Positions 39,601 to 54,600 of a DNA stretch of 64,000 bases are shown piece by piece. The notes beneath the pieces are model-generated. The model was not told the DNA's origin. It worked only from the letters and a program-made list of their open reading frames with translations, and ran no database searches. Position numbers and translations under genes: made by a program. Position 1 is the first letter of the stretch. The number at the start of each line of letters is the position of its first letter. Source of the DNA: Leptogorgia sarmentosa. Taxonomy: Eukaryota. The stretch covers positions 62,001-126,000 of the forward strand of contig OZ210884.1 of NCBI GenBank assembly GCA_964658305.1, read 5' to 3'.

Positions 39601-42600
39601 TAGTCAAAATCATGATCATTTTCGACACATTTTCCAACTTCGTACGAACAAATCAAAATCATTATTATCAATGTAAACACACTCTGCAACATCGCTAGTG
39701 TGTGATTTTTTGCATTTGAAGAGTTTTAAAATTTCAAACTTTAGTCAAAATCATGATCATTTTCGACACATTTTCCAACTTGGTATGAACAAATCAAAAT
39801 CATTATTATCAATGTAAACACACTCTGCAGCATCACTGGAGGGAGATTTTTAGCATCTGAAGAGTTTTAAAATTTCAAACATTAGTCAAAATCATGATCA
39901 TTTTCGACACATTTTCCAACTTGGTATGAACAAATCAAAATCATTATTATCAATGTAAACACACTCTGCAACATCGCTAGAGTGTGATTTTTTGCATTTG
40001 AAGAGTTTTACAATTTCAAACTTTAGTCAAAATCATGATCATTTTCGACACATTTTCCAACTTCGTACGAACAAATCTAAATCATTGTTATCAATGTAAA
40101 CACGCTCTGCAACATCGCTAGAGTGTGATTTTTGGCATTTGAAGAGTTTTAAAATTTCAAACTTTAGTCAAATTCATGATCATTTTTGACACATTTTCCA
40201 ACTTGGTATGAACAAATCAAAATCATTATTATCAATGTAAACACACTCTGCAGCATCACTGGAGGGAGATTTTTAGCATCTGAAGAGTTTTAAAATTTCA
40301 AACATTAGTCAAATTCATGATCATTTTTGACACATTTTCCAACTTGGTATGAACAAATCAAAACCATTATTATCAATGTAAACACACTCTGCAGCATCAC
40401 TGGAGGGAGATTTTTAGCATCTGAAGAGTTTAAAAATTTCAAACATTAGTCAAATTCATGATCATTTTTGACACATTTTCCAACTTGGTATGAACAAATC
40501 AAAATCATTATTATCAATGTAAACACACTCTGCAACATCGCTAGAGTGTGATTTTTTGCATTTGAAGAGTTTTAAAATTTCAAACTTTAGTCAAATTCAT
40601 GATCATTTTTGACAGATTTTCCAACTTGGTATGAACAAATCAAAATCATTATTATCAATTTAAACACACTCTGCAGCATCACTGGAGGGAGATTTTTAGC
40701 ATCTGAAGAGTTTTAAAATTTCAAACATTAGTCAAATTCATGATCATTTTTGACACATTTTCCAACTTGGTGTGAACAAATCAAAATCATTATTATCAAT
40801 GTAAACACACTCTGCAGCATCACTGGAGGGAGATTTTTAGCATCTGAAGAGTTTTAAAATTTCAAACATTAGTCAAATTCATGATCATTTTTGACACATT
40901 TTCCAACTTGGTATGAACAAATCAAAACCATTATTATCAATGTAAACACACTCTGCAGCATCACTGGAGGGAGATTTTTATCATCTGAAGAGTTTTAAAA
41001 TTTCAAACATTAGTCAAATTCATGATCATTTTTGACACATTTTCCAACTTGGTATGAACAAATCAAAATCATTATTATCAATGTAAACACACTCTGCAAC
41101 ATCGCTAGAGTGTGATTTTTTGCATTTGAAGAGTTTTAAAATTTCAAACTTTAGTCAAATTCATGATCATTTTTGACAGATTTTCCAACTTGGTATGAAC
41201 AAATCAAAATCATTATTATCAATTTAAACACACTCTGCAGCATCACTGGAGGGAGATTTTTAGCATCTGAAGAGTTTTAAAATTTCAAACATTAGTCAAA
41301 TTCATGATCATTTTTGACACATTTTCCAACTTGGTATGAACAAATCAAAATCATTATTATCAATGTAAACACACTCTGCAGCATCACTGGAGGGAGATTT
41401 TTAGCATCTGAAGAGTTTTAAAATTTCAAACATTAGTCAAATTCATGATCATTTTTGACACATTTTCCAACTTGGTATGAACAAATCAAAATCATTATTA
41501 TCAATGTAAACACACTCTGCAACATCGCTAGAGTGTGATTTTTTGCATTTGAAGAGTTTTAAAATTTCAAACTTTAGTCAAATTCATGATCATTTTCGAC
41601 ACATTTTCCAACTTCGTACGAACAAATCAAAATCATTATTATCAATGTAAACACACTCTGCAACATCGCTAGTGTGTGATTTTTTGCATTTGAAGAGTTT
41701 TAAAATTTCAAACTTTAGTCAAAATCATGATCATTTTCGACACATTTTCCAACTTGGTATGAACAAATCAAAATCATTATTATCAATGGAAACACACTCT
41801 GCAGCATCACTGGAGGGAGATTTTTAGCATCTGAAGAGTTTTAAAATTTCAAACATTAGTCAACATCATGATCATTTTCGACACATTTTCCAACTTGGTA
41901 TGAACAAATCAAAATCATTATTATCAATGTAAACACACTCTGCAACATCGCTAGAGTGTGATTTTTGGCATTTGAAGAGTTTTAAAATTTCAAACTTTAG
42001 TCAAAATCATGATCATTTTCGACACATTTTCCAACTTCGTACGAACAAATCAAAATCATTGTTATCAATGTAAACACGCTCTGCAACATCGCTAGAGTGT
42101 GATTTTTGGCATTTGAAGAGTTTTAAAATTTCAAACTTTAGTCAAATTCATGATCATTTTTGACACATTTTCCAACTTCGTACGAACAAATCAAAATCAT
42201 TATTATCAATGTAAACACACTCTGCAACATCGCTAGTGTGTGATTTTTTGCATTTGAAGAGTTTTAAAATTTCAAACTTTAGTCAAAATCATGATCATTT
42301 TCGACACATTTTCCAACTTGGTATGAACAAATCAAAATCATTATTATCAATGTAAACACACTCTGCAGCATCACTGGAGGGAGATTTTTAGCATCTGAAG
42401 AGTTTTAAAATTTCAAACATTAGTCAACATCATGATCATTTTCGACACATTTTCCAACTTGGTATGAACAAATCAAAATCATTATTATCAATGTAAACAC
42501 ACTCTGCAACATCGCTAGAGTGTGATTTTTGGCATTTGAAGAGTTTTAAAATTTCAAACTTTAGTCAAAATCATGATCATTTTCGACACATTTTCCAACT

Positions 42601-45600
42601 TCGTACGAACAAATCAAAATCATTGTTATCAATGTAAACACGCTCTGCAACATCGCTAGAGTGTGATTTTTGGCATTTGAAGAGTTTTAAAATTTCAAAC
42701 TTTAGTCAAATTCATGATCATTTTTGACACATTTTCCAACTTGGTATGAACAAATAAAAATCATTATTATCTATGTAAACACACTCTGCAGCATCACTGG
42801 AGGGAGATTTTTAGCATCTGAAGAGTTTTAAAATTTCAAACATTAGTCAAATTCAAGATCATTTTTGACACATTTTCCAAATTGGTATGAACAAATCAAA
42901 CCATTATTATCAATGTAAACACACTCTGCAGCATCATTGGAGGGAGATTTTTAGCATCTGAAGAGTTTTAAAATTTCAAACATTAGTCAAATTCATGATC
43001 ATTTTTGACACATTTTCCAACTTGGTATGAACAAATCAAAATCATTATTATCAATGTAAACACACTCTGCAACATCGCTAGAGTGTGATTTTTTGCATTT
43101 GAAGAGTTTTAAAATTTCAAACTTTAGTCAAATTCATGATCATTTTTGACAGATTTTCCAACTTGGTATGAACAAATCAAAATCATTATTATCAATTTAA
43201 ACACACTCTGCAGCATCACTGGAGGGAGATTTTTAGCATCTGAAGAGTTTTAAAATTTCAAACATTAGTCAAATTCATGATCATTTTTGACACATTTTCC
43301 AACTTGGTGTGAACAAATCAAAATCATTATTATCAATGTAAACACACTCTGCAGCATCACTGGAGGGAGATTTTTAGCATCTGAAGAGTTTTAAAATTTC
43401 AAACATTAGTCAAATTCATGATCATTTTCGACACATTTTCCAACTTCGTACGAACAAATCAAAATCCTTGTTATCAATGTAAACACGCTCTGCAACATCG
43501 CTAGAGTGTGATTTTTGGCATTTGAAGAGTTTTAAAATTTCAAACTTTAGTCAAATTCATGATCATTTTTGACACATTTTCCAACTTGGTATGAACAAAT
43601 CAAAATCATTATTATCAATGTAAATACACTCTGCAGCATCACTGGAGGGAGATTTTTAGCATCTGAAGAGTTTTAAAATTTCAAACATTAGTCAAATTCA
43701 TGATCATTTTTTACACATTTTCCAACTTGGTATGAACAAATCAAAATCATTATTATCAATGTAAACACACTCTGCAACATCGCTAGAGTGTGATTTTTTG
43801 CATTTGAAGAGTTTTAAAATTTCAAACTTTAGTCAAATTCATGATCATTTTTGACAGATTTTCCAACTTGGTATGAACAAATCAAAATCATTATTATCAA
43901 TTTAAACACACTCTGCAGCATCACTGGAGGGAGATTTTTAGCATCTGAAGAGTTTTAAAATTTCAAACATTAGTCAAATTCATGATCATTTTTGACACAC
44001 TTTCCAACTTGGTATGAACAAATCAAAATCATTATTATCAATGTAAACACACTCTGCAGCATCACTGGAGGGAGATTTTTAGCATCTGAAGAGTTTTAAA
44101 ATTTCAAACATTAGTCAAATTCATGATCATTTTTGACACATTTTCCAACTTGGTATGAACAAATCAAAATCATTATTATCAATGTAAACACACTCTGCAG
44201 CATCACTGGAGGGAGATTTTTAGCATCTGAAGAGTTTTAAAATTTCAAACATTAGTCAAATTCATGATCATTTTTGACACATTTTCCAACTTGGTATGAA
44301 CAAATCAAAATCATTATTATCAATGTAAACACACTCTCCAACATCGCTAGAGTGTGATTTTTTGCATTTGAAGAGTTTTAAAATTTCAAACTTTAGTCAA
44401 ATTCATGATCATTTTTGACACATTTTCCAACTTGGTATGAACAAATCAAAATCATTATTATCAATGTAAACACACTCTGCAACATCGCTAGAGTGTGATT
44501 TTTTGCATTTGAAGAGTTTTAAAATTTCAAACTTTAGTCAAAATCATGATCATTTTCGACACATTTTCCAACTTCGTACGAACAAATCAAAATCATTGTT
44601 ATCAATGCAAACACGCTCTGCAACATCGCTAGAGTGTGATTTTTGGCATTTGAAGAGTTTTAAAATTTCAAACATTAGTCAAAATCATGATCATTTTGGA
44701 CACATTTTCCAACTTGGTATGAACAAATCAAAATCATTGTTATCAATGCAAACACGCTCTGCAACATCGCTAGAGTGTGATTTTTTGCATTTGAAGAGTT
44801 TTAAAATTTCAAACTTTAGTCAAAATCATGATCATTTTCGACACATTTTCCAACTTCGTACGAACAAATCAAAATCATTGTTATCAATGTAAACACGCTC
44901 TGCAACATCGCTAGAGTGTGATTTTTGGCATTTGAAGAGTTTTAAAATTTCAAACTTTAGTCAAATTCATGATCATTTTGGACACATTTTCCAACTTGGT
45001 ATGAACAAATCAAAATCATTATTATCAATGTAAACACACTCTGCAGCATCACTGGAGGGAGATTTTTAGCATCTGAAGAGTTTTAAAATTTCAAACATTA
45101 GTCAAAATCATGATCATTTTCGACACATTTTCCAACTTGGTATGAACAAATCAAAATCGTTATTATCAATGTAAACACACTCTGCAACATCGCTAGAGTG
45201 TGATTTTTTGCATTTGAAGAGTTTTAAAATTTCAAACTTTAGTCAAATTCATGATCATTTTTGACAGATTTTCCAACTTGGTATGAACAAATCAAAATCA
45301 TTATTATCAATTTAAACACACTCTGCAGCATCACTGGAGGGAGATTTTTAGCATCTGAAGAGTTTTAAAATTTCAAACATTAGTCAAATTCATGATCATT
45401 TTTGACACATTTTCCAACTTGGTATGAACAAATCAAAATCATTATTATCAATGTAAACACACTCTGCAGCATCACTGGAGGGAGATTTTTAGCATCTGAA
45501 GAGTTTTAAAATTTCAAACATTAGTCAAATTCGTGATCATTTTTGACACATTTTCCAACTTGGTATGAACAAATCAAAATCATTATTATCAATGTAAACA

Positions 45601-48600
45601 CACTCTGCAGCATCACTGGAGGGAGATTTTTAGCATCTGAAGAGTTTTAAAATTTCAAACATTAGTCAAATTCATGATCATTTTTGACACATTTTCCAAC
45701 TTGGTATGAACAAATCAAAATCATTATTATCAATGTAAACACACTCTCCAACATCGCTAGAGTGTGATTTTTTGCATTTGAAGAGTTTTAAAATTTCAAA
45801 CTTTAGTCAAATTCATGATCATTTTTGACACATTTTCCAACTTGGTATGAACAAATCAAAATCATTATTATCAATGTAAACACACTTTGCAACATCGCTA
45901 GAGTGTGATTTTTTGCATTTGAAGAGTTTTAAAATTTCAAACTTTAGTCAAAATCATGATCATTTTCGACACATTTTCCAACTTCGTACGAACAAATCAA
46001 AATCATTGTTATCAATGCAAACACGCTCTGCAACATCGCTAGAGTGTGATTTTTGGCATTTGAAGAGTTTTAAAATTTCAAACATTAGTCAAAATCATGA
46101 TCATTTTGGACACATTTTCCAACTTGGTATGAACAAATCAAAATCATTATTATCAATGTAAACACACTCTGCAACATCGCTAGAGTGTGATTTTTTGCAT
46201 TTGAAGAGTTTTAAAATTTCAAACTTTAGTCAAAATCATGATCATTTTCGACACATTTTCCAACTTCGTACGAACAAATCAAAATCGTTATTATCAATGT
46301 AAACACACTCTGCAACATCGCTAGAGTGTGATTTTTTGCATTTGAAGAGTTTTAAAATTTCAAACTTTAGTCAAATTCATGATCATTTTTGACAGATTTT
46401 CCAACTTGGTATGAACAAATCAAAATCATTATTATCAATTTAAACACACTCTGCAGCATCACTGGAGGGAGATTTTTAGCATCTGAAGAGTTTTAAAATT
46501 TCAAACATTAGTCAAATTCATGATCATTTTTGACACATTTTCCAACTTGGTATGAACAAATCAAAATCATTATTATCAATGTAAACACACTCTGCAGCAT
46601 CACTGGAGGGAGATTTTTAGCATCTGAAGAGTTTTAAAATTTCAAACATTAGTCAAATTCATGATCATTTTTGACACATTTTCCAACTTGGTATGAACAA
46701 ATCAAAATCATTATTATCAATGTAAACACACTCTGCAGCATCACTGGAGGGAGATTTTTAGCATCTGAAGAGTTTTAAAATTTCAAACATTAGTCAAATT
46801 CATGATCATTTTTGACACATTTTCCAACTTGGTATGAACAAATCAAAATCATTATTATCAATGTAAACACACTCTCCAACATCGCTAGAGTGTGATTTTT
46901 TGCATTTGAAGAGTTTTAAAATTTCAAACTTTAGTCAAATTCATGATCATTTTTGACACATTTTCCAACTTGGTATGAACAAATCAAAATCATTATTATC
47001 AATGTAAACACACTTTGCAACATCGCTAGAGTGTGATTTTTTGCATTTGAAGAGTTTTAAAATTTCAAACTTTAGTCAAAATCATGATCATTTTCGACAC
47101 ATTTTCCAACTTCGTACGAACAAATCAAAATCATTGTTATCAATGCAAACACGCTCTGCAACATCGCTAGAGTGTGATTTTTGGCATTTGAAGAGTTTTA
47201 AAATTTCAAACATTAGTCAAAATCATGATCATTTTGGACACATTTTCCAACTTGGTATGAACAAATCAAAATCATTATTATCAATGTAAACACACTCTGC
47301 AACATCGCTAGAGTGTGATTTTTTGCATTTGAAGAGTTTTAAAATTTCAAACTTTAGTCAAAATCATGATCATTTTCGACACATTTTCCAACTTCGTACG
47401 AACAAATCAAAATCATTGTTATCAATGTAAACACGCTCTGCAACATCGCTAGAGTGTGATTTTTGGCATTTGAAGAGTTTTAAAATTTCAAACTTTAGTC
47501 AAATTCATGATCATTTTGGACACATTTTCCAACTTGGTATGAACAAATCAAAATCATTATTATCAATGTAAACACACTCTGCAGCATCACTGGAGGGAGA
47601 TTTTTAGCGTCTGAAGAGTTTTAAAATTTCAAACATCAGTCAAAATCATGATCATTTTCGACACATTTTCCAACTTGGTATGAACAAATCAAAATCGTTA
47701 TTATCAATGTAAACACACTCTGCAATATCGCTAGAGTGTGATTTTTTGCATTTGAAGAGTTTTAAAATTTCAAACTTTAGTCAAATTCATGATCATTTTT
47801 GACACATTTTCCAACTTGGTATGAACAAATCAAAATCATTATTATCAATGTAAACACACTCTGCAGCATCACTGGAGGGAGATTTTTAGCATCTGAAGAG
47901 TTTTAAAATTTCAAACATTTGTCAAATTCATGATCATTTTTGACACATTTTCCAACTTGGTATGAACAAATCAAAATCATTATTATCAATGTAAACACAC
48001 TCTGCAACATCGCTAGAGTGTGATTTATTGCATTTGAAGAGTTTTAAAATTTCAAACTTTAGTCAAAATCATGATCATTTTCGACACATTTTCCAACTTG
48101 GTATGAACAAATCAAAATCATTATTATCAATGTAAACGCACTCTGCAGCATCACTGGAGGGAGATTTTTAGCATCTGAAGAGTTTTAAAATTTCAAATAT
48201 TTGTCAAAATCATGATCATTTTCGACACATTTTCCAACTTGGTATGAACAAATCAAAATCATTATTATCAATGTAAACACACTCTTCAACATCGCTAGAG
48301 TGTGATTTTTTGCATTTGAAGAGTTTTAATATTTCAAACTTTAGTCAAATTCATGATCATTTTTGACAGATTTTCCAACTTGGTATGAACAAATCAAAAT
48401 CATTATTATCAATTTAAACACACTCTGCAGCATCACTGGAGGGAGATTTTTAGCATCTGAAGAGTTTTAAAATTTCAAACATTAGTCAAATTCATGATCA
48501 TTTTTGACACATTTTCCAACTTGGTATGAACAAATCAAAATCATTATTATCAATGTAAACACACTCTGCAGCATCACTGGAGGGAGATTTTTAGCATCTG

Positions 48601-51600
48601 AAGAGTTTTAAAATTTCAAACATTAGTCAAATTCATGATCATTTTTGACACATTTTCCAACTTGGTATGAACAAATCAAAATCATTATTATCAATGTAAA
48701 CACACTCTGCAGCATCACTGGAGGGAGATTTTTAGCATCTGAAGAGTTTTAAAATTTCAAACATTAGTCAAATTCATGATCATTTTTGACACATTTTCCA
48801 ACTTGGTATGAACAAATCAAAATCATTATTATCAATGTAAACACACTCTCCAACATCGCTAGAGTGTGATTTTTTGCATTTGAAGAGTTTTAAAATTTCA
48901 AACTTTAGTCAAATTCATGATCATTTTTGACACATTTTCCAACTTGGTATGAACAAATCAAAATCATTATTATCAATGTAAACACACTTTGCAACATCGC
49001 TAGAGTGTGATTTTTTGCATTTGAAGAGTTTTAAAATTTCAAACTTTAGTCAAAATCATGATCATTTTCGACACATTTTCCAACTTCGTACGAACAAATC
49101 AAAATCATTGTTATCAATGCAAACACGCTCTGCAACATCGCTAGAGTGTGATTTTTGGCATTTGAAGAGTTTTAAAATTTCAAACATTAGTCAAAATCAT
49201 GATCATTTTGGACACATTTTCCAACTTGGTATGAACAAATCAAAATCATTATTATCAATGTAAACACACTCTGCAACATCGCTAGAGTGTGATTTTTTGC
49301 ATTTGAAGAGTTTTAAAATTTCAAACTTTAGTCAAAATCATGATCATTTTCGACACATTTTCCAACTTCGTACGAACAAATCAAAATCATTGTTATCAAT
49401 GTAAACACGCTCTGCAACATCGCTAGAGTGTGATTTTTGGCATTTGAAGAGTTTTAAAATTTCAAACTTTAGTCAAATTCATGATCATTTTGGACACATT
49501 TTCCAACTTGGTATGAACAAATCAAAATCATTATTATCAATGTAAACACACTCTGCAGCATCACTGGAGGGAGATTTTTAGCGTCTGAAGAGTTTTAAAA
49601 TTTCAAACATTAGTCAAAATCATGATCATTTTCGACACATTTTCCAACTTGGTATGAACAAATCAAAATCGTTATTATCAATGTAAACACACTCTGCAAT
49701 ATCGCTAGAGTGTGATTTTTTGCATTTGAAGAGTTTTAAAATTTCAAACTTTAGTCAAATTCATGATCATTTTTGACACATTTTCCAACTTGGTATGAAC
49801 AAATCAAAATCATTATTATCAATGTAAACACACTCTGCAGCATCACTGGAGGGAGATTTTTAGCATCTGAAGAGTTTTAAAATTTCAAACATTTGTCAAA
49901 TTCATGATCATTTTTGACACATTTTCCAACTTGGTATGAACAAATCAAAATCATTATTATCAATGTAAACACACTCTGCAGCATCACTGGAGGGAGATTT
50001 TTAGCATCTGAAGAGTTTTAAAATTTCAAACATTAGTCAAAATCATGATCATTTTCGACACATTTTCCAACTTGGTATGAACAAATCAAAATCGTTATTA
50101 TCAATGTAAACACACTCTGCAACATCGCTAGAGTGTGATTTTTTGCATTTGAAGAGTTTTAAAATTTCAAACTTTAGTCAAATTCATGATCATTTTTGAC
50201 ACATTTTCCAACTTGGTATGAACAAATCAAAATCATTATTATCAATGTAAACACACTCTGCAGCATCACTGGAGGGAGATTTTTAGCATCTGAAGAGTTT
50301 TAAAATTTCAAACATTTGTCAAATTCATGATCATTTTTGACACATTTTCCAACTTGGTATGAACAAATCAAAATCATTATTATCAATGTAAACACACTCT
50401 GCAACATCGCTAGAGTGTGATTTATTGCATTTGAAGAGTTTTAAAATTTCAAACTTTAGTCAAAATCATGATCATTTTCGACACATTTTCCAACTTGGTA
50501 TGAACAAATCAAAATCATTATTATCAATGTAAACGCACTCTGCAGCATCACTGGAGGGAGATTTTTAGCATCTGAAGAGTTTTAAAATTTCAAATATTAG
50601 TCAAAATCATGATCATTTTCGACACATTTTCCAACTTGGTATGAACAAATCAAAATCATTATTATCAATGTAAACACACTCTTCAACATCGCTAGAGTGT
50701 GATTTTTTGCATTTGAAGAGTTTTAATATTTCAAACTTTAGTCAAATTCATGATCATTTTTGACACATTTTCCAACTTGGTATGAACAAATCAAAGTCAT
50801 TATTATCAATGTAAACACACTCTGCAGCATCACTGGAGGGAGATTTTTAGCATCTGAAGAGTTTTAAAATTTCAAACATTAGTCAAAATCATGATCATTT
50901 TCGACACATTTTCCAACTTCGTACGAACAAATCAAAATCATTGTTATCAATGTAAACACGCTTTGCAACATCGCTAGAGTGTGATTTTTGGCATTTGAAG
51001 AGTTTTAAAATTTCAAACATTAGTCAAAATCATGATCATTTTCGACACATTTTCCAACATGGTATGAACAAATCAAAATCATTATTATCAATGTAAACAC
51101 ACTCTGCAACATCGCTAGAGTGTGATTTTTTGCATTTGAAGAGTTTGAAAATTTCAAACATTAGTCAAAATCATGATCATTTTCGACACATTTTCCAACT
51201 TGGTATGAACAAATCAAAATCATTATTATCAATGTAAACACACTCTGCAGCATCACTGGAGGGAGATTTTTAGCATCTGAAGAGTTTTAAAATTTCAAAC
51301 ATTAGTCAAAATCATGATCATTTTCGACACATTTTCCAACTTGGTATGAACAAATCAAAATCCTTGTTATCAATGTAAACACGCTCTGCAACATCGCTAG
51401 AGTGTGATTTTTGGCATTTGAAGAGTTTTAAAATTTCAAACTTTAGTCAAATTCATGATCATTTTTGACACATTTTGCAATTTGGTATGAACAAATCAAA
51501 ATCATTATTATCAATGTAAACACACTCTGCAGCTTCACTGGAGGGAGATTTTTAGCATCTGAAGAGTTTTAAAATTCCAAACATTAGTCAAAATCATGAT

Positions 51601-54600
51601 CATTTTCGACACATTTTCTAACTTGGTATGAACAAATCAAAATCATTATTATCAATGTAAACACACTCTGCAGCATCACTGGAGGGAGATTTTTAGCATC
51701 TGAAGAGTTTTAAAATTCCAAACATTAGTCAAAATCATGATCATTTTCGACACATTTTCTAACTTGGTATGAACAAATCAAAATCATTGTTATGAATGTA
51801 AACACGCTCTGCAACATCGCTAGAGTGTGATTTTTGGCATTTGAAGAGTTTTAAAATTTCAAACTTTAGTCAAATTCATGATCATTTTTGACACATTTTC
51901 CAACTTGGTATGAACAAATCAAAATCATTGTTATCAATGTAAACACGCTCTGCAACATCGCTAGAGTGTGATTTTTTGCATTTGAAGAGTTTTGAGATTT
52001 CAAACTTTAGTCAAATTCATGATCATTTTTGACACATTTTCCAACTTGGTATGAACAAATCAAAATCATTATTATCAATGTAAACACACTCTGCAGCATC
52101 ACTGGAGGGAGATTTTTAGCATCTGAAGAGTTTTAAAATTTCAAACATTAGTCAAAATCATGATCATTTTCGACACATTTTCCAACTTCGTACGAACAAA
52201 TCAAAATCATTTTTATCAATGTAAACACGCTCTGCAACATCGCTAGAGTGTGATTTTTGGCATTTAAAGAGTTTTAAAATTTCAAACTTTAGTCAAATTC
52301 ATGATCATTTTTGACACATTTTCCAACTTGGTATGAACAAATCAAAATCATTATTATCAATGTAAACACACTCTGCAGCATCACTGGAGGGGATTTGTAG
52401 CATCTGAAGAGTTTTAAAATTTCAAACATTAGTCAAAATCATGATCATTTTCGACACATTTTCTAACTTGGTATGAACAAATCAAAATCATTATTATCAA
52501 TGTAAACACACTCTGCAGCATCACTGGAGGGAGATTTTTAGCATCTGAAGAGTTTTAAAATTCCAAACATTAGTCAAAATCATGATCATTTTCGACACAT
52601 TTTCTAACTTGGTATGAACAAATCAAAATCATTGTTATGAATGTAAACACGCTCTGCAACATCGCTAGAGTGTGATTTTTGGCATTTGAAGAGTTTTAAA
52701 ATTTCAAACTTTAGTCAAATTCATGATCATTTTTGACACATTTTCCAACTTGGTATGAACAAATCAAAATCATTGTTATCAATGTAAACACGCTCTGCAA
52801 CATCGCTAGAGTGTGATTTTTTGCATTTGAAGAGTTTTGAGATTTCAAACTTTAGTCAAATTCATGATCATTTTTGACACATTTTCCAACTTGGTATGAA
52901 CAAATGAAAATCATTATTATCAATGTAAACACACTCTGCAGCATCACTGGAGGGATATTTTTGGCATCTGAAGAGTTTTAAAATTTCAAACATTAGTCAA
53001 AATCTTGATCATTTTCGACACATTTTCCAACTTCGTAGGAACAAATCAAAATCATTGTTATCAATGTAAACACGCTCTGCAACATCGCTAGAGTGTGATT
53101 TTTGGCATTTGAAGAGTTTTAAAATTTCAAACTTTAGTCAAATTCATGATCATTTTTGACACATTTTCCAACTTGGTATGAACAAATCAAAATCATTATT
53201 ATCAATGTAAACACACTCTGCAGCATCACTGGAGGGAGATTTTTAGCATCTGAAGAGTTTTAAAATACAAACATTAGTCAAAATCATGATCATTTTCGAC
53301 ACATTTTCCAACTTCGTACGAACAAATCAAAATCATTGTTATCAATGTAAACACGCTCTGCAACATCGCTAGAGTGTGATTTTTTGCATTTGAAGAGTTT
53401 TAAAATTTCAAACTTTAGTCAAAATCATGATCATTTTCGACACATTTTCCAACTTCGTACGAACAAATCAAAATCCTTGTTATCAATGTAAACACGCTCT
53501 GCAACATCGCTAGAGTGTGATTTTTGGCATTTGAAGAGTTTTAAAATTTCAAACTTTAGTCAAATTCATGATCATTTTTGACACATTTTCCAACTTGGTA
53601 TGAACAAATCAAAATCATTATTATCAATGTAAACACACTCTGCAGCATCACTGGAGGGAGATTTTTAGCATCTGAAGAGTTTTAAAATTCCAAACATTAG
53701 TCAAAATCATGATCATTTTCGACACATTTTCCAACTTGGTATGAACAAATCAAAATCATTATTATCAATGTAAACACACTCTGCAACATCGCTAGAGTGT
53801 GATTTTTTGCATTTGAAGAGTTTTAAAATTTCAAACTTTAGTCAAAATCATGATCGTTTTCGACACATTTTCCAATTTCGTACGAACAAATCAAAATCCT
53901 TGTTATCAATGTAAACACGCTCTGCAACATCGCTAGAGTGTGATTTTTGGCATTTGAAGAGTTTTAAAATTTCAAACTTTAGTCAAATTCATGAACATTT
54001 TTGACACATTTTCCAACTTGGTATGAACAAATCAAAATCATTATTATCAATGTAAACACACTCTGCAGCATCACTGGAGGGAGATTTTTAGCATCTGAAG
54101 AGTTTTAAAATTCCAAACATTAGTCAAAATCATGATCATTTTCGACACATTTTCCAACTTGGCATGAACAAATCAAAATCATTATTATCAATGTAAACAC
54201 ACTCTGCAACATCGCTAGAGTGTGATTTTTTGCATTTGAAGAGTTTTAAAATTTCAAACTTTAGTCAAAATCATGATCGTTTTCGACACATTTTCCAACT
54301 TCGTACGAACAAATCAAAATCATTGTTATAAATGTAAACACGCTCTGCAACATCGCTAGAGTGTGATTTTTGGCATTTGAAGAGTTTTAAAATTTGAAAC
54401 TTTAGTCAAATTCATGATCATTTTTGACACATTTTCCAACTTGGTATGAACAAATCAAAATTATTGTTATCAATGTAAACACGCTCTGCAACATCGCTAG
54501 TGTGTGATTTTTTGCATTTGAAGAGTTTTGAAATTTCAAACTTTAGTCAAATTCATGATCATTTTTGACACATTTTCCAACTTGGTATGAACAAATCAAA

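Noticed and set aside
44503..49263. Four ORFs MHLKSFKISNF... as real genes
   Set aside because: They are translations of satellite monomers with a stop-removing SNP and TTG starts.
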